From contig OZ220744.1 in NCBI GenBank assembly GCA_965116925.1, forward strand, positions 2,080,001-2,144,000: a stretch of DNA of 64,000 nt, written 5' to 3'. The DNA is from Candidatus Poribacteria bacterium. Its GTDB lineage: Bacteria > Poribacteria > WGA-4E > PCPOR2b. Positions 28,596 to 38,772 of the stretch are shown piece by piece. The notes beneath the pieces are model-generated. The model was not told the origin of the DNA, made no database searches, and worked only from the letters and a program-made list of their open reading frames with translations. A program made the position numbers and the translations under genes. Within the stretch, counting starts at the first letter, position 1; each line of letters begins with the position of its first letter.

Positions 28596-29939
28596 TCAAT
28601 GTCTTACCTGTTTCAAGGCGTCTATCAGGCTTTTTTCGATCAGGTCGCACAGTTCATCTATGTCCGATTCTTCCGCGATTAACGCGGGCGCGACTGCGAA
28701 CCAAGTTGGATCAACGCGGATAACCAGTCCATTTTTGAGCGCAGTCCGTTTCAAGGTACTTCCCAGCTCAGGATACGGCTGCATCGTCTGAGTATCCTTC
28801 ACCAACTCCACGCCGCGCAACACACCTTTGCCACGAACCTCGCGGACAACGCCGTACTGCTTCAATCCCTCAAGTTTTGCTGCGAGATAATCCCCTAACT
28901 CACGCGCTTTGTGGTCGAGTTGTTTCTCCGAAATTTCATCAATGACAGCGAGGCCTACGGCACATGCGAGCGGGTTGCCGGCAAATGTGTGGCCGTGTGC
29001 AAAATTCACGTCATCCGCTGCGGGACCGTAGAAGACCTCTCCCATGTCCTCTCGTGCAATCATAGCACCCAAGGGAATTGCCCCGCTTGATAATCCTTTG
29101 CCGCCGCAGATGATATCCGGTGTCACGCCGAAAGTCTGTGCTGCAAACATAGATCCCGTCCGAGCGAATCCGGTGATGATTTCATCGTAGATTAGGATAA
29201 CATTATAGCGGTTGCAAATTTCGCGGATTATCTGAAAATACTCTGCGGTTGGGGTTATGATGCCTCCTGTGTTACCGATAGGCTCGATGATAACGCCGGC
29301 AACCGTATCCGGATCTTCGTTGATAATCACGTCCTCGAACATCTGTGCACAAAAACGGTTGCACTCTTCCCAAGAGGAGAAGCGTTCACGGTAGTAGGTA
29401 GGCGGAAAAACCTTGAGAAAGCCCCCCATCTGAGGCTCAAAGGCGGTCTTGCGTTTGCCGGTGCCGCTAGCAGACATGGCACCAAAGGTCGCCCCGTGAT
29501 ACCCAAAGTATCGGCTGATGAACTTGTATTTTCCCGGCTGCCCGCTCTGCTTGAAATACTGACGGGTGAACTTCATGGCGGACTCAATTGACTCGGAGCC
29601 ACCGCTGTAGGGTTTGATATAGTTCAAATTACCAGGGGTGACCTCGCCTAACTTCTCGATGAAATCCAACGTGATGTCCGCAATCCCGTGCATCGAAGGA
29701 ACAAAACTCAATGTGTCCATCTGTCGCTGCATCGCTGCCATAAGTCGCGGGTGTTTGTGTCCAAGCGTGGCAACGAATATCCCGCCGATGCCATCAAAAT
29801 AACGCTTCCCTTCCACATCCCAATAGTAAAGCCCTTCTGCCCGTTGTACGATGAGCGGATTCTTGAAAAATTCCGCTGTCTGTTGGTAGTCCAGAAAGGT
29901 ACGCTTGAGCAGTTTTTTTTGACGTTCGTTAAGATTCAC
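28596..29939 (-). CDS. Class III PLP aminotransferase (omega-amino acid:pyruvate transaminase/BioA-like)
   Basis: SGGSESIESAMK, YHGAT, DEIITGFARTG, PDIICGGKGLSSG, HGHTFAGNP. Confidence 0.92.
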   Translation of the reverse strand: MNLNERQKKLLKRTFLDYQQTAEFFKNPLIVQRAEGLYYWDVEGKRYFDGIGGIFVATLGHKHPRLMAAMQRQMDTLSFVPSMHGIADITLDFIEKLGEVTPGNLNYIKPYSGGSESIESAMKFTRQYFKQSGQPGKYKFISRYFGYHGATFGAMSASGTGKRKTAFEPQMGGFLKVFPPTYYRERFSSWEECNRFCAQMFEDVIINEDPDTVAGVIIEPIGNTGGIITPTAEYFQIIREICNRYNVILIYDEIITGFARTGSMFAAQTFGVTPDIICGGKGLSSGAIPLGAMIAREDMGEVFYGPAADDVNFAHGHTFAGNPLACAVGLAVIDEISEKQLDHKARELGDYLAAKLEGLKQYGVVREVRGKGVLRGVELVKDTQTMQPYPELGSTLKRTALKNGLVIRVDPTWFAVAPALIAEESDIDELCDLIEKSLIDALKQVRH

Positions 29940-30454
29940 TCCGTTTTCCTTTCTTGGTTCAAGAACTGTCGCTGGCTTCTGAGCGCGAAGGATTTATTGT
30001 CGATTGCTCTTTGCACTGCTAATATACCGTCGAGATGATCGACCTCGTGCTGTAAGAGTTCCGAGAAATCTCCCTCAAGTGTCATACTCTGCTCCTCCCA
30101 ATTCTTATCTCGATACGTAATCCGACATTTCTGATGACGATACACCTTTATAAGGAGTTCAGGAAAGCTCATGCAGTCGTCCCAAAGTTCCATCATCTCT
30201 GTGCTTTTAAGATCCAAGACCGGATTGATAAAGATCACTGGCTCCCCAATGTGCATGTATACCACCCGCTTCATCGTACCGATCTGTGGTGCAGCGATGG
30301 CGCGTCCGGCGTTGTATTTTTTCCTGAAAGCCATCAGTGTATCGTGCAGATCTTGGATGATAGGCTTGATCTGATCCACCTGCGACTCTTGGATAGGCTC
30401 ACATATCTCAAAAAGTTTAGGATTTCCCAACAGGAGGATTTCCCTAACTGCCAT
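29936..30454 (-). CDS. def: Peptide deformylase-like protein (atypical motifs)
   Basis: GRAIAAPQIG, DDCMS (canonical EGCLS) and QHEVDHLDG. Confidence 0.8.
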   Translation of the reverse strand: MAVREILLLGNPKLFEICEPIQESQVDQIKPIIQDLHDTLMAFRKKYNAGRAIAAPQIGTMKRVVYMHIGEPVIFINPVLDLKSTEMMELWDDCMSFPELLIKVYRHQKCRITYRDKNWEEQSMTLEGDFSELLQHEVDHLDGILAVQRAIDNKSFALRSQRQFLNQERKTE

Positions 30455-30473
30455 TTCATACCTCGCTTTAAGG

Positions 30474-31658
30474 TTAGGAGTGATCTAATTCCCAGATCGG
30501 GACGTAGACTGGGAATATTGTATTCAGGATCTCACCCGTTGCGCCGCTAAAGTCGAGCGATTGGGCAGCGGGATGTGGACCAAAAATCAGTTGCGTTAGT
30601 TCACGGCGGGTTAATACCACAGTTTCTGTTAATCGCTTTGCCGAGAGATCGACCTCCCCATCGCGGAACCTGAGAGTTACAGCTTCGTCGGTTTCACGGC
30701 AGACAAGGCAGATAATCCCGTGCAGCCCGACTGACCGACTTCGCAGATGATGCTTAATCTGTCTTAACAATTTTTCAAGGCTATTGACGCGCATCATCTG
30801 GTAGCCGACACCTTTGGCTTCCTCAATAGGGTGTCCACTCCCCGGCTTCTTCTCTTCTATCAACTGTCCTAGGTTCGATGGGACTAGTGGCAGGAGCACT
30901 TGGATTTCTGAGTCGGCTTCTCGTTCTAACAGGACATGTTTAACTAGTGTCTCCAATCCCCCTATATCGCCTCCGCCTTCGATTAATCCGGGTTTGTTGA
31001 CTCCTTCTCCAAACATCAGATAGGCAATCGTTTCTTCACCATTCATCGCCAAGCAGGTCGTTGTTTGAGGCAAAGAAAAAAGTGCACGATATTCTTCACT
31101 AGAACGGGCGATTCGGTGCGGTTCCGTATCGTGGAGATTCACCATTGCATTAAACGAATTGGCGTTACTTGGGTCATATTGAACCACGTCGAAAGCACCA
31201 CTCTCAAAAAGCACATGTTCTTCTGGGCGAAGCTGATAAAGCCAGCCCTGCGACCCAACCGCCTCCCAGCCGGACTGTTGATAGAAGGGAAACGTCGCCT
31301 CCAGCGTCCACAGCACGGATATAGGGACATCCGCTTCATCCATGATGCGGATACAGTCCCGCAGGCAGCGGGTAGCGTATCCACGTCTACGGTAGTCCGG
31401 GTGCGTTACGGTCGGGCTGATGATGCCAATCCGTAATCTGTCGTCTCCTATGATTGCCTCGCGTAGCCAAACCGGCACATGAGCAACGACCACCCCGTCC
31501 ATCTTGAGGATACGCATGTACTCCATTTTTGAATGATTAAACACCAACGGATAGTCGGTGCGAATATCTTGGTCTGTTCCCGCCCTGAACACTTGATTGA
31601 TCAGGGCAATTACCTCTTCAAAATCTGATGCCTGACATGCGCGTGGTCCATCTACCAT
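30474..31658 (-). CDS. Eis-like GNAT acetyltransferase with C-terminal SCP2-like domain
   Basis: VTHPDYRRRGYA acetyl-CoA motif, FYQQSGWE; 394 aa. Confidence 0.82.
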   Translation of the reverse strand: MVDGPRACQASDFEEVIALINQVFRAGTDQDIRTDYPLVFNHSKMEYMRILKMDGVVVAHVPVWLREAIIGDDRLRIGIISPTVTHPDYRRRGYATRCLRDCIRIMDEADVPISVLWTLEATFPFYQQSGWEAVGSQGWLYQLRPEEHVLFESGAFDVVQYDPSNANSFNAMVNLHDTEPHRIARSSEEYRALFSLPQTTTCLAMNGEETIAYLMFGEGVNKPGLIEGGGDIGGLETLVKHVLLEREADSEIQVLLPLVPSNLGQLIEEKKPGSGHPIEEAKGVGYQMMRVNSLEKLLRQIKHHLRSRSVGLHGIICLVCRETDEAVTLRFRDGEVDLSAKRLTETVVLTRRELTQLIFGPHPAAQSLDFSGATGEILNTIFPVYVPIWELDHS

Positions 31659-31688
31659 CGGTTTTTCTCCTCAAATCAATCAAATGAA

Positions 31689-31804
31689 TAGGACTTACGC
31701 ATTTCAGGACGGAGCAAGATGCCTCGTCTACAGGCTAACCCATTTCAGCGTAGGAGGTGCGGGGAAACCAGATGCCCCGCCTACGGTTGGCTGTGTAAGT
31801 CCTG
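31689..31804. mobile_element. MITE-like element, family A (TIR TAGGACTTACGCA)
   Basis: TAGGACTTACGCA...TGTGTAAGTCCTG enclosing GTAG/CTAC REP-like hairpins. Confidence 0.75.
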
Positions 31805-31823
31805 ATGAAGTTAGGGAAGTACC

Positions 31824-33536
31824 TCATCGGGGTATGAGCGGCAGGATGAGTCGAGACGGATACTCTACACTGTGGAACACGGTTTGGTGTGCGACCCGCA
31901 GCTCCGTATCCGACCAGAAATCCGCGCCGGTGTTGTGGTTGCGATCAAAGTTAGGGAAATCGGAACTTGATACATCAAGCCGAATCCGATGTCCCTGTCG
32001 GAACAAGATGCCCGTCGGATTGAGACGGATGGTATATTCATAAGGCTGCCCCGGCTCGATGAGGCTCGGATTGTCATAACCTTCTCGATACCTTGCTCGC
32101 ATAATGCCGTATGTCAGATTCACCGCCAACCCGTTGGGGTGAACATCAATCAGCTTGGCAGTGAAGTCAGTGTCAGGTGCACTTGATGCTGCCCATAACT
32201 TCAGCACTACCGGTCCGGTCACCTCAATATCTTCATGCAGTGGTGGTGTTTGGTAGACCAGAATGTCCCGTCGTCCGTTCAGTGGGGATTGATCTCTCGG
32301 TGCCGCTTGCGCGTCGATTCCCATCAGACTCATCACCGGATCCTTGGGATCATAGTCGTACCTATCGGGGGATTCTTCTTCCGGTTCAGAGATGGAAAGC
32401 ACACCGTCACCGTGCACAGTGTTGGCGGAGCCGCCGCTGTGCAGGAAAAACTCGGTGTATTGTGTGCGAGCAGGGGGCCACTCATGCTCAAAGCGCCACC
32501 TATTTTCACCCATGATAAATAACTTCACCGACGGCTCAGATCCGATTCCATTATCAATCCCTTTGAAGCGGTAATCGTACCATCGAGTAACTTCTTGAGG
32601 ATAGGTGGTATCTGCATCGGGACCGAAGTCCAACGGTCCTTGGGTTCGAGTTAGGTTATTGCTATTATGTCCCCACGGACCGACGATTAGCCGGTGCTGG
32701 TTTCGTAGCGATTCGGGCCCTTCTTTTACCATACCTGTGAAGTTGTCAATCGTCCCGATGAGCCGGTCATACCAGCCCGTCAACTGGCACGTGGGAACGT
32801 TGACCTTGTGGTGGATCTCTTGAAACGCCCAGAACTCCTTATCCTGTTCCCTGAGATAGGTTTTGAGGAGCGGAGTCAGAGTAGAAAACAGATAGTTGGG
32901 GAGTCCATCCAGCGGCAGATACCAGATCCACTTGCCGCGTTCCACCTCGTGCCACTGTGCATCGGCCTCATCCTCGGATTTGGGGCCAAACTCGTCTCCG
33001 ACTCGGTGCCGTGCGTTGACCGCCATCTTGTAGGTCCACTGGAGGCGCCGCCCTGTTTCAAATATGCCGAAGTTTAGGTCAAGCAGCCGCGCTGACATAC
33101 CGCTCGCGAACAACGCCTTGAGGGAGGGAGGCTGCGTTCCAGCAAGACGCCAGATGCACCACGATGGGTAGGAATGTCCCCATGTCCCGACCTGCCCGTC
33201 GCTGCCGGGAATATCCGCTGCCCATTCGACGGTGTCGTACCCATCCTGCGGGTCAAAGGTTTCGGTGTTGTTCTGAAATTGCCAGAAATACTCTCCATCG
33301 GAAATACCTCTGCCCCGGATATCTTGGACAATAGCGATGTAACCGCTGGAAGCCAAGGCTTGTGCAATCTGGATGTAGGTGTTTTGGCTCTTGTCATACG
33401 GTGTACGGCATAACAATACTGGACAGGCTGCAGCCCCCATAGGTCTATATATATCTGACCGCAGCAGTACACCATCGCGCATTTCGGTGGGAACGTCCCG
33501 CTCGATATTTACGGCAAAATCAGTGCTTTTAGTCAT
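31824..33536 (-). CDS. CocE/NonD family serine hydrolase
   Basis: MRDGVLL, RTPYDK, QDIRGRGISDG, WGHSY nucleophile, GWYD, GPWGH, VSSSDFPNFDRN. Confidence 0.92.
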   Translation of the reverse strand: MTKSTDFAVNIERDVPTEMRDGVLLRSDIYRPMGAAACPVLLCRTPYDKSQNTYIQIAQALASSGYIAIVQDIRGRGISDGEYFWQFQNNTETFDPQDGYDTVEWAADIPGSDGQVGTWGHSYPSWCIWRLAGTQPPSLKALFASGMSARLLDLNFGIFETGRRLQWTYKMAVNARHRVGDEFGPKSEDEADAQWHEVERGKWIWYLPLDGLPNYLFSTLTPLLKTYLREQDKEFWAFQEIHHKVNVPTCQLTGWYDRLIGTIDNFTGMVKEGPESLRNQHRLIVGPWGHNSNNLTRTQGPLDFGPDADTTYPQEVTRWYDYRFKGIDNGIGSEPSVKLFIMGENRWRFEHEWPPARTQYTEFFLHSGGSANTVHGDGVLSISEPEEESPDRYDYDPKDPVMSLMGIDAQAAPRDQSPLNGRRDILVYQTPPLHEDIEVTGPVVLKLWAASSAPDTDFTAKLIDVHPNGLAVNLTYGIMRARYREGYDNPSLIEPGQPYEYTIRLNPTGILFRQGHRIRLDVSSSDFPNFDRNHNTGADFWSDTELRVAHQTVFHSVEYPSRLILPLIPR

Positions 33537-33552
33537 GGACTGTTCTGTCCTT

Positions 33553-34145
33553 ACTTTTCCAAGCTCAACGGTCGTTGTGTCAAGATGTGAATCTCGACCT
33601 ACAGTTACGCGATTATTTTAACGCGATTGTTACGGCGTGTTGACATTTTGCTGTTGCTCATTCAGCAAACGCTATAATCATTGGGTAATCTGGCATAAGT
33701 AGTACAAACTGTTAGTTTGCGAACTAAGATCACAATCTAACAGATCGTGGTACAATCGACTCCTTTTAGGACTTTTAGGAAATAAGTTTTTGAAAAGGAG
33801 GCTTCTCGATGAAAAACGGAGTTGGGTTTCACTCTATCTGTGTCTCAACAAGCGTTGTTGAACGACTGAACCTCTATTATAGTTGATAGGGATTGGCATT
33901 TAACCGTTCAACCCAACCTACGGGCTGTCAACTTTTCCAAGCTCAACGGTCGTTGTGTCGAGATGTGAATCTCGACCTACAGATTACTGAGTTGGGTTTC
34001 ACTTTATCTGTGTATCAATAGGTGTTGTTGAACAACTGAACCTCTATTATAGTTGATAGGGATTGGCGTTTAACCGTTCAACCCAACCTACGGGCTGTCA
34101 ACTGTCAACAGAACCTAGTGTCGAGATGTGAATCTCGACCTACAG
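33553..34145. repeat. Mosaic of REP-like repeat units A..B-A-B-A' (BIME-like)
   Basis: Unit A (...GTCGAGATGTGAATCTCGACCTAC) at 33553-604, 33931-82 and partially 34118-45. Unit B (GAGTTGGGTTTCACT...TTCAACCCAACCTACGGGCTGTCAACT) at 33819-933 and 33989-34103; period 170 bp. Confidence 0.85.
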
Positions 34146-34149
34146 GTTG

Positions 34150-35376
34150 CTACAGTGGTAGCCTCGCAGCACTGGGGTTTACCGGTTCTACGCCGAGCAC
34201 TTTGGCGATGGTGTACACATCTTTATCTCCGCGCCCGGAGAGACATAGGACGATTATCTGGTCTCGATCGAGTGTGGGTGCGAGTTTACGGATGTAAGCC
34301 ATTGCGTGCGCTGCTTCTAGCGCGGGGATGATCCCTTCCGTTTCTGAAAGTAGCTTGAACCCTTCAATCGACTCCTCATCGGTGACGGAGACATATTCGG
34401 CACGACCCGTTGCTTTGTAGAAGCTATGTTCGGGACCGACTCCGGGGTAATCCAGACCCGCTGAGATAGAGTGTGCTGGCGTGATTTGCCCGTCCTCTTC
34501 CTGTAGCACGTAGCATTTCGCACCGTGGAACACGCCAACACTGCCCGCACTGATGGTCGCTGCGTGTTTACCACTCAGTATGCTTTCGCCCGCTGCTTCG
34601 ACACCGACTAATTTCACACCGTTATCCGAGTAAAATGGGTAAAACATACCTATTGAGTTACTGCCACCGCCGACGCAAGCAACCACGTAATCTGGCAATT
34701 GTCCTGCCCCCTCAAGGGTCTGCGATCTCGCTTCCTGACCGATGACAGCTTGAAAATCCCGGACAATCATCGGATATGGGTGGGGACCGACGACAGATCC
34801 GATCAGATAGTATGTCGTCCGTACATTCGTCACCCAATCGCGGAATGCAGCGTTGATTGCATCCTTGAGGGTGCGCGAGCCGGAGTTCACCGGGACCACC
34901 GTTGTCCCCAGCAGTTTCATGCGAAAAACGTTCAGGGCTTGCCGTTCGATGTCTTCTTCGCCCATATATACTTCGCATTCCATGTTGAACTTTGCTGCCA
35001 CGGTTGCTGTTGCAACGCCGTGTTGTCCTGCACCTGTCTCGGCGATGATCCGATTCTTGCCCATCCGTCGGGCGAGCAAGATCTGTCCGATTGTATTGTT
35101 GATTTTGTGTGCGCCTGTATGGTTGAGATCCTCGCGCTTGAGATAGATTCTTGCCCCACCGAGTGCCTGAGTCAGTCGCTCGGCGTAGTACAGCGGGTTG
35201 GGACGCCCGACGTATTCGCGGAGATAGTATTGAAATTCCTCTTGGAAGTCGGCATCCTCTCTCAGAGACATATAGGCGTCTTCTAGTTCCAGTAGTGGGG
35301 ACATTAACGTCTCCGGGGCGTATCTGCCGCCGAATTCTCCGAAATGTCCCGTTGCGTCGGGTAAATTCTGATTCAA
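34150..35376 (-). CDS. trpB: Tryptophan synthase beta chain
   Basis: [53 protein letters not shown]. Confidence 0.97.
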   Translation of the reverse strand: MNQNLPDATGHFGEFGGRYAPETLMSPLLELEDAYMSLREDADFQEEFQYYLREYVGRPNPLYYAERLTQALGGARIYLKREDLNHTGAHKINNTIGQILLARRMGKNRIIAETGAGQHGVATATVAAKFNMECEVYMGEEDIERQALNVFRMKLLGTTVVPVNSGSRTLKDAINAAFRDWVTNVRTTYYLIGSVVGPHPYPMIVRDFQAVIGQEARSQTLEGAGQLPDYVVACVGGGSNSIGMFYPFYSDNGVKLVGVEAAGESILSGKHAATISAGSVGVFHGAKCYVLQEEDGQITPAHSISAGLDYPGVGPEHSFYKATGRAEYVSVTDEESIEGFKLLSETEGIIPALEAAHAMAYIRKLAPTLDRDQIIVLCLSGRGDKDVYTIAKVLGVEPVNPSAARLPL

Positions 35377-35429
35377 TTTATAGCTCCTCCTGTTTTTGAT
35401 ATGCTACTATAATTCAATTTTCGCTCATG

Positions 35430-35568
35430 TAGAACTTACGCAGTTGAACGTTCAACGCCTTGTAGTTCGGCGATTTATCGCCCGTCCCCCCCTCTATCCC
35501 CCCGCAAGCAGAGGGAGGGAAGAACGCGCAATGAATTGCGCTACTACAAACTGGAGTGCGTAACTTCG
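35430..35568. mobile_element. MITE-like element, family A (degenerate TIRs)
   Basis: TAGAACTTACGCAGTTGAACGTTCAA...ACGCGCAATGAATTGCGCTACTACAAACTGGAGTGCGTAACTTC; shares subterminal sequence with 48597-48735. Confidence 0.7.
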
Positions 35569-35628
35569 ATCATGCTAAGAAATAGTACAAAGAAAGCGAG
35601 TTTTCTTTTAATATGAACCTTAATTTTA

Positions 35629-37962
35629 TCACGCCAAACCCCGTCGTTTGCGTAAAAACCACTCTAGTCCCAAAAGTAGGATAACGATTACAAAAATGAG
35701 CGGCATATCCCAAACCTCCTCCTCAACGAGACGCGATGTTGCACTCTCGACTAAGGGGATATGGTTTACCATCTGTGGCGCGTCTTCGAGGGTATAATAC
35801 CTGCCACCGCTGGTATTGGCAAGCGTTTGCAGCAGTTGTGCGTTGAGTTCTGCATTTGTAAACTCAGCGTAGGATTCGGCAACCTCAAAGAGACCGCTCT
35901 GCTCACCGAGACTTTTGCCCCTTAGTGCCCCAACCAGAGTGACCCGATACTCGCCGCGCCGAGGTGGAATATATCGCACCGTATAAAGTCCGTCCTGCCC
36001 AAGCACCTGTTCAAGCGACAGCTCCCGCTTTCTGCCATTTTCGTCTGTAATGATAGCACGGACTTTCGCCTGATTGGTCAATTCAAACTGGTGATCGTAG
36101 GCGGTTGCATTGATAATCACCGCTTCCTTCAGGGCATAAGAGGTTTTTGGGATATCTAACTTGAGTTGATCTTTCTGAACGGTTGTCAGCCACTTTGCCG
36201 TCTGACGCCAAAAGCGTTCATGGCTGTCATCTTCATGCGGCATGTTCATTTGCCAATCCCACGAAGTGACAGCTGTGAAGACCATGACCCGGCCGGCATT
36301 GTAGTTGTGGGTTGCAATAAGGATACGATTGCCGAATTCATTCCGATCTGTGGGATGTACCGCAAGGATTGTTGCGCCCGCTTTCGCTCGCCGCACCCGG
36401 TTATAGCTAGATAAGGTCAACTGTTCCCAACGCATTACGTTCTCACGTGGTTCGTCCGCTAGAGCCATCAACGGATCTGCTTTCCCTTCGGCGGTCAACT
36501 GTAAGGCATATTTCGGGATCGAGGTCCTCTGACCGCGTCGTTGAGGGGTTGCAAACCGGCGTATCGGTGGAGACGGTGCTGGTGGCGTTCCTAGCTCAAG
36601 TTCGACCGGAAGCACCTGTGCAATCGGTGTATTGATGTAAGAATTCGCCATTTCGTGATTGCCCAACGAATGTTTCCCGCCTAGCATCAGGAATCCACCG
36701 CCTCGTGTGCGGATAAACTCAACCGTGTTTTCAAGTTGCTGTTTGGTAAATTTTGATGACGCTATATTTCCGATAATAATTGCGTCGTAATCAAAGAGCA
36801 CCTCTTTCGATGTTGGATAGAGATCGAACTGGTGTCCAGTGCCGTCACTCGCACCTCCGATAGTTGTATCAGAAGTGAAATATCGAAGTGTCAATTGGAT
36901 ATTTGGATCGTTCTCCAAAGCACGTCTGATGATTCCGATTTCCTTACGCAGCCCGCCCTCAACGTACAAAATCTTGACGCGCTTGCTGGGTGCGACTTTT
37001 AACAGAAACTTCTTGGTATTGTTTTGTGGGACAGCCTCGTCGGTTTCGGTTGGGATTTCTACCACATACTTCTGCGTCCCCGGATTCCGGGGAATGAACT
37101 TGATTCGTATGCGGCGGGTGGGACGTTCTTTGTTAAGGTTGACGTTGAACGTCTTGACAACACGGTTTTCATCTCTGAGCCTCAGCGTTATCTCCCTTGG
37201 ACCGTAGCCTTTGCGGCGGATAGTCGCCCAAATCTCGACTGGGAAATCCTCTTCTGCCGTCCGTGGGGCATCAACTTTCACCACCTCAATATCTTTGATC
37301 CCCTCCGGAGAACCGATCCCGACGGTGTGCACAGGCACTTTCCGATCACGCATCCGGAACGCAAGTTTGGTGATGTCTTCACCGCTCGCATCTGCACCGT
37401 CAGAGAACATCACGACACCCGACAGCGGCACCCCTTGCAGATTGTCCAATGTATCATTCAGCGCAGCGGGGATATTTGTGGTTTCGCCGTTTGCTTCGGT
37501 CAACGCAGCGGGAGTCATCCGTTTGGGACCGTCAGAAAAGGAGAACAGTCGTGTTTTGAACTTTTCGTTGAGCGAATTGAGTATCCCGCCTTCGGGGTCA
37601 AAGAGCAGATTGTTGACGCTGCTCAGACGGGGTTCCTGATTTACGGAATCGGTCACCTGCATACTTTTCGATTCATCCAACAGCACCGCAAGGTAGGAAT
37701 CGTCCGGGCTGGTTTGGTAGATCGTCACAAAGGGCTTTAGCAGACAGAATGCCAATCCACAAAGTGCGAGGGTGCGGAGGAAGATCAGAAAGCCGCGGAA
37801 TCCTCGATGCGTCCGTCCCTGCGTCGTTCGATATGCCCAGATCGAGGCTGCGATTAAGCCCACGAAGATCAGGAATAGGATGAGCCCCGGCAGGCGGATC
37901 CCGAAATAGAAATCGCCCTGGCGGAAGATGTCAATTGGATATTTTAGTAGTTGCTCAAACAT
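35629..37962 (-). CDS. Membrane-anchored vWA-like / glutamine-amidotransferase-like domain protein
   Basis: N-terminal TMs, MIDAS-like LLDESKSM and FSDG, GGGFLMLGG, GRVMVF...W.W...FWRQ, C-terminal TM ending EWFLRKRRGLA. Confidence 0.75.
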   Translation of the reverse strand: MFEQLLKYPIDIFRQGDFYFGIRLPGLILFLIFVGLIAASIWAYRTTQGRTHRGFRGFLIFLRTLALCGLAFCLLKPFVTIYQTSPDDSYLAVLLDESKSMQVTDSVNQEPRLSSVNNLLFDPEGGILNSLNEKFKTRLFSFSDGPKRMTPAALTEANGETTNIPAALNDTLDNLQGVPLSGVVMFSDGADASGEDITKLAFRMRDRKVPVHTVGIGSPEGIKDIEVVKVDAPRTAEEDFPVEIWATIRRKGYGPREITLRLRDENRVVKTFNVNLNKERPTRRIRIKFIPRNPGTQKYVVEIPTETDEAVPQNNTKKFLLKVAPSKRVKILYVEGGLRKEIGIIRRALENDPNIQLTLRYFTSDTTIGGASDGTGHQFDLYPTSKEVLFDYDAIIIGNIASSKFTKQQLENTVEFIRTRGGGFLMLGGKHSLGNHEMANSYINTPIAQVLPVELELGTPPAPSPPIRRFATPQRRGQRTSIPKYALQLTAEGKADPLMALADEPRENVMRWEQLTLSSYNRVRRAKAGATILAVHPTDRNEFGNRILIATHNYNAGRVMVFTAVTSWDWQMNMPHEDDSHERFWRQTAKWLTTVQKDQLKLDIPKTSYALKEAVIINATAYDHQFELTNQAKVRAIITDENGRKRELSLEQVLGQDGLYTVRYIPPRRGEYRVTLVGALRGKSLGEQSGLFEVAESYAEFTNAELNAQLLQTLANTSGGRYYTLEDAPQMVNHIPLVESATSRLVEEEVWDMPLIFVIVILLLGLEWFLRKRRGLA

Positions 37963-38117
37963 CTAAGTGTCCTTGTTATTTTCTGAAAGCACCAATCACT
38001 AACTTTGGTATGTGAGGCAATGCCTGGGGGTGGATTGCTCGTTCGGTTGGCGGTATCGTGCCGTCTTGGCATTGAGTTATTTCCTCATAGGGTGAGGGGA
38101 TTTGTCCCCAAAATAGT

Positions 38118-38483
38118 TAGGACTTACGCAGTTGAACGGTAAAATCCAACCCCTTCTGCTACGCGGAACCTATACCTCTGTTTCAATGATTCACCGGCAC
38201 GATTCGGTGATTTGGCAGGGCACTGGCAGGTCCAAAAAAAAATTTCAACCTCACATCGGGGGTTCATCATTGGTGCGTGTCTCTCTGAACCCTTATGGGG
38301 CCTAGCTTCAGGGCGTTTGTAGATTTTTACCACCCAACAGCGGGTGCGTCTAGACGGCTTTTTGACCTGCCAAATACGCACTGTTCATGACCCATTTTTC
38401 ACTGAAATGGCACCATAATTCGCCAAATGTTAGGGATTTGGCAGGTCCCTGACAGGTCAAAACTCTGAAATGCGTAAGTCCTG
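38118..38483. mobile_element. MITE-like element, family A, long (366 bp) variant
   Basis: TAGGACTTACGCAGTTGAACG...AAATGCGTAAGTCCTG with internal TTTGGCAGGTC direct and inverted repeats. Confidence 0.75.
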
Positions 38484-38565
38484 GTGCGGTTATATTCGGT
38501 GTATTTGAGTGGGTGCATTGCCTCTATTATACCCTATTTTTTGATCATGTGCGTAGGTCCTAAAA

Positions 38566-38675
38566 TTATAGTGGATCCTAGAATTAATGAGATACTCCAA
38601 ATCGGCGCAGTTGGAAACAGCACCTACCAAACATGAGGAGCGAAAGTGTCTATTTATTTTTTGAGTTCACTATAA
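38566..38675. mobile_element. MITE-like element, family B (TIR TTATAGTG...CACTATAA), 110 bp
   Basis: Near-identical same-length copy at 48750-48859; imperfect ~30-bp terminal inverted repeats. Confidence 0.8.
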
Positions 38676-38772
38676 GCATATTGGTCTGCGATTAGAATAA
38701 GATGCTGGTATTTCTGCGGCAGCATTATTCGTTTGTCTTTCGCTGCTCCATTTCGACTTTGCTCTTTGCTCC

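Noticed and set aside
33553..34145. CRISPR array
   Set aside because: Units are 50-115 bp, the would-be spacers are themselves repeated, and there are no cas genes.
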